Translations under genes and position numbers: made by a program
Part shown: positions 25,665 through 32,000 of the stretch, in pieces
Position numbering within the stretch: the stretch's first letter is position 1
Layout of the letters: the number at the start of each line of letters is the position of its first letter
Source: Pseudodesulfovibrio piezophilus C1TLV30
GTDB taxonomy: Bacteria; Desulfobacterota; Desulfovibrionia; Desulfovibrionales; Desulfovibrionaceae
Direction of reading: 5' to 3'
DNA length: 32,000 nt
Assembly: GCF_000341895.1 (NCBI RefSeq)
Contig: NC_020409.1
Span: 1,620,001-1,652,000, forward strand
The notes under the pieces: model-generated
Database searches by the model: none
Told to the model about the DNA's origin: nothing
What the model saw: only the letters and a program-made list of their open reading frames with translations

Positions 25665-25698
25665 TAAAAAAAGGGGCACGACAACACAGCGTGACCCC
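25665..25698 (-). terminator. Rho-independent terminator of the cbiM/nikL-like operon
   Basis: The minus strand reads GGGGTCACG-loop-CGTGCCCC (one bulged A) followed by TTTTTTTT, 33 nt after the stop at 25731. An A-run on the other side makes it potentially bidirectional. Confidence 0.8.
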
Positions 25699-25730
25699 TT
25701 TTCATGTATTATGGACAAAAAAAGTCGAAT

Positions 25731-26327
25731 TTAATTCGATTGTTTGCTCTTCATGTAAGCGACGATTCCAAAGAGCCCTATAATATATCCGATACCGCCA
25801 AGAATTTCTGTCATGCCCGGCCCGGAGTCATGCATTTCAGCCAACATTTGTTTGACCGGTCCCAGCTCTCGGCGAACGATTGCTTCAACGGCAGCAGTGT
25901 CGAGAGTCCCTGCAACAGGCGTAACCGAAGCAGGTATCTGAGCATCCATACCGATTTCCTCGGGAATAAAAGGCACCGGGCCTGCTCCGTATTCGGCATA
26001 ATGAATAACCCACTCGGCCTGATGCCCGCTTCCCGCCTTGAGGACAAGTCGAAGATCCATCCGCTTGGCCCTGGCTTCTTCCGGAATCTTGAAATCGAAC
26101 TTGCCGTTATCATCGGTTCTTCCGGTCAAAAGCTGTTTGCCAGAGGCCGCATCATACACTTCAATACTCCCGTTATGCACCCGCTTGCTCCGACTATAGC
26201 CACTATCTGTGGCAATGGAGTCGCCATCCACATAAGCGAACAAATTAACCTTGTGCGCACTCGAAACAGCAGCCATGCACAGTGTCGCCGCCATGGCAAT
26301 GCAGACCACAATTATCAATTGTCTCAT
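25731..26327 (-). CDS. Ni/Co ECF-type uptake accessory protein (NikL/CbiN-like), made of a signal peptide, a beta-sandwich domain and a C-terminal TM
   Basis: 198 aa, starting 2 nt after cbiM. The signal peptide is followed by a carboxypeptidase-regulatory-like segment (IEVYDAASGKQLLTGRTDDNGKFDF). The C-terminal TM ILGGIGYIIGLFG resembles the CbiN/NikN GIGY motif. Confidence 0.6.
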   Translation of the reverse strand: MRQLIIVVCIAMAATLCMAAVSSAHKVNLFAYVDGDSIATDSGYSRSKRVHNGSIEVYDAASGKQLLTGRTDDNGKFDFKIPEEARAKRMDLRLVLKAGSGHQAEWVIHYAEYGAGPVPFIPEEIGMDAQIPASVTPVAGTLDTAAVEAIVRRELGPVKQMLAEMHDSGPGMTEILGGIGYIIGLFGIVAYMKSKQSN

Positions 26328-26329
26328 GA

Positions 26330-26938
26330 TTATAATCCCGATGTTACGGCCAAGGCTTCCGGCTTGACCTTGGCAATGAATGTGTAAGTAAAGCCAGTAA
26401 TAACGCCTTCGACAAACATGACCGGCAGATGTGCTGCAAGGAGAACCTTGGCCGCTCCAACAAACGCATCACCCGAAAGAGCCAAAGCTCCGGCTGTCAG
26501 GAGGGCGCTCAAGAGCATGGCGATGAAACCACAGGCAAAAGCCGCAGCAAAACGACTCCCGCTTCCTCTCGTCAATAATGGACGAAAGAGAATGGAGCAG
26601 AGCACTGCCGGTGCGGCCATGGTAAAGGTATTCAACCCCAAGACAGTCAGCCCGCCGTACTGAAAGAGCACGGCCTGCAATAACAGCGCGACCAGAATGG
26701 AAGGAAATGCAGCCCACCCCAAAATAACACCGAGCAGTCCACCCAGAATGAGATGAGCATTTGCCGGACCTATGGGGACATGAACGAGAGAAGCGACAAA
26801 AAATGCTGCCGACAGTATCGACACCGTTATGATATGGTCATAGTCGAGCTTTCGCAGACCAATGGCAGTGCCTATGACAGTCAATCCCGCACCACCCAGC
26901 AAAACAGGCGCTGACAGAACCCCTTCGGAAATATGCAT
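26330..26938 (-). CDS. cbiM: CbiM/NikM substrate-capture component of a cobalt/nickel ECF transporter
   Basis: 202 aa. The invariant N-terminus MHISEGVL provides the metal ligands. The protein is polytopic with HVPIGPANAHLILG. Confidence 0.9.
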   Translation of the reverse strand: MHISEGVLSAPVLLGGAGLTVIGTAIGLRKLDYDHIITVSILSAAFFVASLVHVPIGPANAHLILGGLLGVILGWAAFPSILVALLLQAVLFQYGGLTVLGLNTFTMAAPAVLCSILFRPLLTRGSGSRFAAAFACGFIAMLLSALLTAGALALSGDAFVGAAKVLLAAHLPVMFVEGVITGFTYTFIAKVKPEALAVTSGL

Positions 26939-27172
26939 ATGAATCCACCCTGCTTCTCAGCCAAACCGGTTCGCTTCTCAAACAGTGCGGATCGACGGCT
27001 TCGTGTGATTAATCTCAATTCCGTATACACCCGGTAGTCACCTTTAACAAGATGTGTTTGTATACCTTGCCTGACACAAGAAACAAAACCATCCCGCCAC
27101 GATGGAGAAGCGGGTTTACTCTACGGGCTGGACTCGATGTTGAAGCACCCGCTCATAAGGCAGAAAAAAAAT

Positions 27173-28420
27173 CTAATCGAAATCGGCCAGCAAGGCACTG
27201 ACTTGCACCCCGGCAATAACCGGGGTCTCATTGTACCGATTACTGATACGGTACAATGCGTGATGCAACTGACCGGAAGAAATCCCGTTTTTGAGCGCTG
27301 TATGCGCCTCGATATAAGCCGCCAAAGAATCACTCACTTTCAGAAGAGGGCCATCTTTGGGATCGATGGTATCGATATTATACTCTCCGGCCATCTGCTC
27401 TTCCGTTGCTTCGACAATAGTTCCATCCATGTTCACCGAGGCCTTGAACTCGCTCCCTACTTCCAGCCCCAGCAGATACTCGAGTCGCTTGGCGATATCT
27501 TCGTACCCTCCTTCCTTGAGAGGGGCGAGGACCACCCGATTCAACTCTCGAATCTCATATTCATGGATCAGTTCGCCTATCTCCTGCGAAGACCCTTTGA
27601 CCGGTGAAATGATATCGCGGGTGAGCAACTCCGGCAGATCGTGAAACAGACCGGAAAAAAAATTATTCTGGCAGCGTGCACGACACGCACCGACTTCCAT
27701 GCTGAAAAACCAGGAATACGTTGCCACAATGAACATGTGACCAAGCACCGACGTCTCCGGCACACGCGGTGTCTGGGACCACCTTTTCTGAAAACGCAAC
27801 CGACCACACATGCGGGCAAATCCACCCAGCACATTGGAATCCTCATCCAGCAGTTCGGAGACGCCTACCAGATCTCGCATGGAATTGAGCCGCTCAATGA
27901 AACTCTCTTCGATTTCGATCAACTCATGATCCATACGATTGATGGATTTGAGCAGCTTGAATTCCGAATAACTGGCATAGAGGTGGGCAGCATGAAGTAT
28001 CCTGCGAGCCAACCCCTTATCTTCCGGCTGCATGAGATACGCTGTCATGCGATTCATGAAATCATCGCCCAGCGGCATGATGCGCGGGCGCAACTGCTTG
28101 ATAACCCAATTGGTCAGAGTACTGTAGTCATCAGGGTTTTCCTTGATCTTGTAGAACACCGGCGGCTTGATATCGGTGATGACCAGCCGGTAGAGGTAGT
28201 CGAACAGCCCACCCTCGATGAGAGACTCTCCAAGGGCGCGCTTCCGTACCACATCAAGGTCTCGCGAATTGAGCAGGAAAAGCAACCAGGCCACGATCAT
28301 CTTGTGTGCCTGCTTGTCTACCTCTACAAGCTCCATGGGCCGAAGCTTGTCGTTCCACCGCTTCATGAACGCACCGGAAAAGATGAGTTCCAGAAGACTT
28401 TTTCTGATTATGATGGACAT
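27173..28420 (-). CDS. Tandem HD-fold protein (degenerate N-terminal copy plus a YfbR-like HD phosphohydrolase copy)
   Basis: The C-terminal half has FQKRWSQTPRVPETSVLGHM...GLFHDLPELLTRDI (H...HD...D). The N-terminal half parallels it (FMKRWNDKLRPMELVEVDKQAHKM...GLFDYLYRLVITDI) but lacks the HD His. The start is uncertain: ATG 28420, or TTG 28456 in the track. Confidence 0.7.
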   Translation of the reverse strand: MSIIIRKSLLELIFSGAFMKRWNDKLRPMELVEVDKQAHKMIVAWLLFLLNSRDLDVVRKRALGESLIEGGLFDYLYRLVITDIKPPVFYKIKENPDDYSTLTNWVIKQLRPRIMPLGDDFMNRMTAYLMQPEDKGLARRILHAAHLYASYSEFKLLKSINRMDHELIEIEESFIERLNSMRDLVGVSELLDEDSNVLGGFARMCGRLRFQKRWSQTPRVPETSVLGHMFIVATYSWFFSMEVGACRARCQNNFFSGLFHDLPELLTRDIISPVKGSSQEIGELIHEYEIRELNRVVLAPLKEGGYEDIAKRLEYLLGLEVGSEFKASVNMDGTIVEATEEQMAGEYNIDTIDPKDGPLLKVSDSLAAYIEAHTALKNGISSGQLHHALYRISNRYNETPVIAGVQVSALLADFD

Positions 28421-28459
28421 GGTGTGAAGAGTGCCGAAAACGGTACGGAAAGGCAAAGG

Positions 28460-28491
28460 AAATCAGGTGGCCTCTTCCGGCCACCTGATTT
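28460..28491 (-). terminator. 13-bp hairpin after rlmD (terminator or attenuator)
   Basis: AAATCAGGTGGCC-loop(6)-GGCCACCTGATTT. On the minus strand it is followed by CCTTTGCCTTTCC (moderately T-rich). It lies 48 nt after the rlmD stop and immediately before the HD gene. Confidence 0.5.
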
Positions 28492-28538
28492 CACCTCCAG
28501 CAACTGGGCTGGAAAATATCCGAAAGTATGAACGCGGC

Positions 28539-29924
28539 CTATTTGCGTTCCAGAAGCGCGACAGTCTCAACATGATGCGTGTGTGGAAACATGTCAACGG
28601 CACGAGCACGCGTCAGGGTGTACTTTGAGGACAGCCGTTTCACATCACGAGCCAATGTTGTGGGGTCACAAGCCACAGCCACAATCTTGGCCGGAGCCAG
28701 GCGCAGAATGGAATACGCTGTTTTCTCCTGCATACCGGACCTCGGCGGATCAACAACGATCACGTCAGGAGTCGGCAGAGCATCGACATTTTCGATACCG
28801 CCATTCAAGCTCACGGCATGGAACTCACAATTATTGATGTGATTGAGCTTGGCGCTGGCCCATGCCTTGCCGATAGCCTCTTCATTGACTTCGTATCCGA
28901 TGACCCGACCGACCTCGTTCGCAAGATAGATACCGATGGCACCGGCTCCACAGTACAGGTCAAGGACGGTTTCATGTCCGGTAAAACCACCGAACTCGGA
29001 AATAGTGGCAAACAATTCGCTTGCGCCGCCACTATTGGTTTGAAAAAAAGTATTCGGGGCGAGATGATATCGAACACTCCCATCTCCCTTGGGCAGATGC
29101 TCTTCCACGAACTTATGCCCCAAGCGGTAGATGATCTCCTCGCCAAAGGCGATGGTGCTCCGCTTTCTGCGAATGGAATGAACAAAGGAGACGACCTCGG
29201 GGAATCTATCCATGAGTACTTCGGACAGTTCCTCCGGAAGATTGTACTTTCGCTCGTCAGCAGTCGTAATCAGATGAACCTGAACCTGGCCGATGGAAGT
29301 ATGACGCAAGACAAGATGCCGCCAGAAACCGGTATCGGTCTGGGGATGATACGCAACGACATTGGATTCGCGGCAGAAATCCCGCACACTGTGCATGATC
29401 GCCACATCACGCGAAGCGCACAAATGGCACTCTTCGATATCAATAACAGGACCAAGCCCTTTTTCCCCTCTGGGGAGGGTGGCTCTCAAGCCCAGATGCA
29501 GTTCGGCATCACGGTGCTCGAAAGCGAATTCCATCTTGTTTCGATAGCGCCAGATATCCGGGGACGGCACAGGGGCATCCATTTTCAGATTCTCAACGCC
29601 GCCGATGCGACTTAAGGCACTCGCAACCTGAGCACCTTTCTGTGCCAGTTGCTCAGCATAATCGAGATCCTGCACGGCGCACCCGCCACAAACACCGAAG
29701 TGCTGGCAGACTGGCTCAACCCTCAGCTTGGACGGCTCGACAATGGATTCGGCGACTGCTTCGGCAAACCGCTTCTTCGCCTTGAGAATTCGGGCAGACA
29801 CGGTGTCGCCAGGCAATCCTCCAGCGACAAAGACGGCCATACCGTCCACTTTGGCCACGCCGCGACCGCCGTAGGCCAGGGACTCAATCTCACACTCTAC
29901 GATGCTGTCTTTCACTATGGACAT
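28539..29924 (-). CDS. rlmD: 23S rRNA (uracil-C5)-methyltransferase RlmD/RumA
   Basis: 461 aa. It has an N-terminal TRAM domain (ECEIESLAYGGRGVAKVDG), the Fe-S Cys cluster CQHFGVCGGCAVQ, the SAM motif VLDLYCGAGAIG, and the catalytic DPPRSG...VACDP. Confidence 0.9.
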   Translation of the reverse strand: MSIVKDSIVECEIESLAYGGRGVAKVDGMAVFVAGGLPGDTVSARILKAKKRFAEAVAESIVEPSKLRVEPVCQHFGVCGGCAVQDLDYAEQLAQKGAQVASALSRIGGVENLKMDAPVPSPDIWRYRNKMEFAFEHRDAELHLGLRATLPRGEKGLGPVIDIEECHLCASRDVAIMHSVRDFCRESNVVAYHPQTDTGFWRHLVLRHTSIGQVQVHLITTADERKYNLPEELSEVLMDRFPEVVSFVHSIRRKRSTIAFGEEIIYRLGHKFVEEHLPKGDGSVRYHLAPNTFFQTNSGGASELFATISEFGGFTGHETVLDLYCGAGAIGIYLANEVGRVIGYEVNEEAIGKAWASAKLNHINNCEFHAVSLNGGIENVDALPTPDVIVVDPPRSGMQEKTAYSILRLAPAKIVAVACDPTTLARDVKRLSSKYTLTRARAVDMFPHTHHVETVALLERK

Positions 29925-29992
29925 GATGCTCTCCGGGATTTGATGAGGCGACTGTTTGACATGGATTCACGCGGCTGTCTATGGTTATATAC

Positions 29993-30298
29993 ATGATTGA
30001 CAAGGCAACAGCCATACCCACCCTCATAAACAGGCTCAAAAAACTTCCTGTGGGACATGCCATAGACCTGCGCACATATAAACGCAACCGTTCCGTCGTC
30101 ATCGCCCGCACCGGGGATGACGAATATGAAGTGGTGGAAAAAGGATTTGCCGATGAACGCTTTTCCACTTCCCTAGGCAGGATGAAGAAGCTCCTCGGAA
30201 TCCTTCTGAAAAGGGAATTTCCCAGATCAACAAAAATCCGGCTTTATGATCTCGGACACAGTGATGCCGATAACCATATAAACCGCAAAAAGATATGA
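29993..30298 (+). CDS. Small protein of unknown family, paralog 1 of a tandem pair
   Basis: MIDKATAIPTLINRLKKLPVGHAIDLRTYKRNRSVVI...EKGF...LLGILLKREFPRSTKIR. I chose the start by homology with paralog 2; the track start is 29981. TTGACA (29956) and TATGGT (29980) lie just upstream, and there is no SD. Confidence 0.65.
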   Translation: MIDKATAIPTLINRLKKLPVGHAIDLRTYKRNRSVVIARTGDDEYEVVEKGFADERFSTSLGRMKKLLGILLKREFPRSTKIRLYDLGHSDADNHINRKKI

Positions 30299-30570
30299 TC
30301 GACAAGGCCGGAGCCGTTCCTTCCATAGTCACCAGAGTCAAACAACTTCCCATAGGAAGTAGTCTTGACCTGCTCACCTTCAAGAGGGACCGATCCGTTG
30401 TCATTTTTCATGCAGAGGAAGACCGTTATTTGATAACGGAAAAAGGTTTCGAACGCCACACGTTCGAAACCGACATCAAGGGACTGCGTAAACTGCTCAA
30501 AACACTTTTGAAGCGGGAATTTCCACGGAGCAACAAGATTCGTGTCCGTGAAGTCCTGACCGGGCAATGA
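30295..30570 (+). CDS. Small protein of unknown family, paralog 2 of a tandem pair
   Basis: MIDKAGAVPSIVTRVKQLPIGSSLDLLTFKRDRSVVI...EKGF...LLKTLLKREFPRSNKIR. It is ~50% identical to paralog 1 over ~85 aa. The start overlaps the paralog 1 stop (ATGA). Confidence 0.7.
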   Translation: MIDKAGAVPSIVTRVKQLPIGSSLDLLTFKRDRSVVIFHAEEDRYLITEKGFERHTFETDIKGLRKLLKTLLKREFPRSNKIRVREVLTGQ

Positions 30571-30595
30571 AAGACAGGAGACAGAAACCCGTATC

Positions 30596-30961
30596 TCAGT
30601 CTTCTGCTACTTCCCGACCATTCTTGATCTGATTCAGCATTTCAATGACCCACTCAGGGTCCTGAAAAACTGCCCTTCTTACGGATTCAGAAACTTTTCC
30701 ACACATAGCCATCAACAGTTCCGGGTTATCACCCAATTCTTCTGCCAAAGCCACCATCTTCTTTTCTGACAACGATGCCGGTTCGCCGCGCTCGATCTTG
30801 CTCAGGTAGGAATGGTGAATGCCGATGCGTTGAGCAACTTTCCTTATTGAATATTCCGGGTCATTTTCACGCAGAGCCTCCCTCTTCGATCTTATATAGT
30901 CACCAAAAAGCTTGCTCACATTCTCCTCGCCAATTATGCTTAACGGTTTGATTTCCGTCAC
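30596..30961 (-). CDS. XRE/Cro-C1-family helix-turn-helix transcriptional regulator
   Basis: The HTH_3 core is YSIRKVAQRIGIHHSYLSKIERGE. The track start is GTG 30961. The internal GTG at codon 15 (MSKLFGDYIRSKR) follows GAGGAG, but with only a 3-nt spacer, so the start is uncertain. Confidence 0.85.
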   Translation of the reverse strand: MTEIKPLSIIGEENVSKLFGDYIRSKREALRENDPEYSIRKVAQRIGIHHSYLSKIERGEPASLSEKKMVALAEELGDNPELLMAMCGKVSESVRRAVFQDPEWVIEMLNQIKNGREVAED

Positions 30962-30969
30962 AATATTGT

Positions 30970-31001
30970 CTACTATACAGTAGCCAACAACCTACTGACA
31001 A
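30970..31001 (-). promoter_or_regulatory. Candidate sigma70 promoter for the XRE gene, with a palindrome overlapping the -10
   Basis: The minus strand reads TTGTCA-N18-TATAGT. The palindrome CTACT-GTAT-AGTAG (30970..30983) spans the -10 and sits ~10 nt before GTG 30961. This suggests autoregulation and a very short leader. Confidence 0.4.
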
Positions 31002-31134
31002 GATTGAACAAGTCACAACCTTTTATAAATTTCAGTTTCTCAACTTTTTACCAATTTCAGATCTATCCCTGGCAAGATTACTCACAGGTAAACTAGAAGG
31101 GATGATTGCCTTTTCCACAGGGGCACCCTAAAAA

Positions 31135-31902
31135 TCATTTCACCTCTGAAGGAGGACGATAATCCACAAGCTCAAGTGTGAAGTGTCCGACTTTGACCTT
31201 AGACCGAACTTTGACGGGAATACGTCGACTGTCAGCAGAAAACCAGACGACCAATTCCGCATCACGGCTTTTTTTAAACACCCCGGATAAATGTTTCACG
31301 TCGAGATTGACTTTGAAAGCCTGAATAATGCCCATAGGGGTCTTCACGTTTTCAACACCCTGAACAAAAGCTTCTCCCATTACGGTCTTCTTTCCATCTG
31401 AAACATCCATGCCAAAGCGCATGGTCTTGTAGAGGATCCGCTTGCGAAAGCTGAAGAGAATCGACAGGGGATCAAAGACATGCGCCGGTTGGTCAAGAGT
31501 ATGCTGCAAGAGCCCTTTCACATATCGCCGAGATTGATTCCTGTCCTTGTCAAAAATCAAATCCACCTTTTTATGGTAAGTCCCCTCGTTCTGATCTTTC
31601 TTGAAGCGCAGGGCATAGTTGACGTCTTTATCCGTCCAGGCCTCCATCGTGTCACGAACCTTGTAAATGGAATCCACCCACGGCACTGTGGATGCAGTTG
31701 CTTTAAAATGCCGGGCAGGCACTCCGTTCATTTCCGTATCTGGGAGCACTTCCAAAACAGCATCACCGGCATGGATGAAGGTCCAATGGATTTCATAGGT
31801 CAACCTTTCACCTGGACTAAAAGGGAGCACTGTCCCGGCGTAGGAGGTCCCTCCGAATATCAACAGGCCTATCAAGTTCAACATGAGTATTTGTTTTGTC
31901 AT
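31135..31902 (-). CDS. DUF3108-like exported protein
   Basis: 255 aa with a signal peptide. The beta-rich sequence begins FSPGERLTYEIHWTFIHAGDAVLEV, which matches my memory of the DUF3108 N-terminal pattern (GE.L.Y.I...G...G.A.L). Confidence 0.65.
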   Translation of the reverse strand: MTKQILMLNLIGLLIFGGTSYAGTVLPFSPGERLTYEIHWTFIHAGDAVLEVLPDTEMNGVPARHFKATASTVPWVDSIYKVRDTMEAWTDKDVNYALRFKKDQNEGTYHKKVDLIFDKDRNQSRRYVKGLLQHTLDQPAHVFDPLSILFSFRKRILYKTMRFGMDVSDGKKTVMGEAFVQGVENVKTPMGIIQAFKVNLDVKHLSGVFKKSRDAELVVWFSADSRRIPVKVRSKVKVGHFTLELVDYRPPSEVK

Positions 31903-31905
31903 ACC

Positions 31906-32000
31906 CTACTCATTCAGTCGCATTTCCCGGCAAGTCAAGCCATGGCATGGGTTCATACAAGAATGAAGCTTCACTTCAATGGGCACAGACCATGCTTCAT
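31906..32000 (-). CDS. 3' end of an unidentified CDS entering from beyond the window
   Basis: The minus frame is open from position 32000 to TAG at 31906..31908 (...EAWSVPIEVKLHSCMNPCHGLTCREMRLNE*). The stop is 3 nt before the DUF3108 ATG, which suggests an operon. It is too short to identify. Confidence 0.3.
   Translation of the reverse strand, partial: EAWSVPIEVKLHSCMNPCHGLTCREMRLNE

Noticed and set aside
26939-27172. Possible cobalamin riboswitch or NikR box in the cbiM leader
   Set aside because: I read the minus strand for B12-box and GCCACTG-type elements and for GTATGA-N16-TCATAC-like NikR sites, and found no convincing match. Only the GTATAC pair was kept, as a finding.
27641-29615. 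Plus-strand ORFs of 296 aa (27641..28531) and 265 aa (28818..29615)
   Set aside because: They are antisense to the HD-domain gene and to rlmD, and they lack motifs and RBS.
1-32000. CRISPR arrays, rRNA genes, IS elements, prophage or defence-system genes
   Set aside because: I looked for regularly spaced direct repeats, transposase/integrase-like ORFs and nuclease/ATPase defence signatures. I found none. The only periodic repeat is the 4 x 15-bp array at 5324..5383.

Overview
This is a 32-kb chromosomal segment of about 50% GC. Its gene content looks like an anaerobic, sulfate-reducer-like deltaproteobacterium (Desulfovibrionales-like), but that is inference from gene content only. I ran no searches; every call comes from reading the ORF translations and the DNA. 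I support about 31 CDS, one tRNA-Pro(UGG) and several intrinsic terminators. I saw no rRNA, CRISPR array, transposase or integrase.

Gene order:
- glnN (type III glutamine synthetase, runs off the left edge)
- RluA-family pseudouridine synthase, translationally coupled to a Cys-rich upstream ORF
- greA
- Rrf2 regulator
- sulfur cluster: degenerate CoADR-like flavoprotein fold with a rhodanese domain, an SQR-like flavoprotein, and a DUF1641 protein
- CheY-like response regulator, hybrid REC-PAS histidine kinase, membrane PAS histidine kinase
- periplasmic rhodanese
- purM
- Thr-rich secreted protein and an AmmeMemoRadiSam-type radical SAM enzyme
- tRNA-Pro
- SLC13/DASS-like permease
- DsrE-family protein
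- NSS transporter with an unlisted 33-aa MetS-like small subunit
- LuxP-like AI-2 binding protein
- hemolysin III
- second Rrf2, preceded by a frameshifted small membrane ORF
- CbiM/NikM plus a NikL/CbiN-like protein
- tandem-HD protein
- rlmD
- two tandem paralogous small proteins of unknown family
- XRE regulator
- DUF3108 protein

Most noteworthy:
1. The periplasmic rhodanese has an in-frame TGA in a Cys-Ala-TGA-Pro-Asn-Glu active-site loop. A SECIS-like hairpin follows the TGA, and the intrinsic terminator lies only after the extended ORF. It is a candidate selenoprotein that ORF callers truncate.
2. A LuxP homologue appears to keep the AI-2 contact motifs, has no adjacent LuxQ, and sits in a non-Vibrio-like context.
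3. A translationally coupled pair of paralogous ~90-100 aa proteins belongs to no family I recognise.
4. A shared Cys-x10-Cys-x2-Cys PAS module occurs in two adjacent kinases.
5. A Cys-rich ORF is stop/start-overlapped with the RluA gene.
6. Four 15-bp repeats in exact phase lie upstream of the sulfur cluster.
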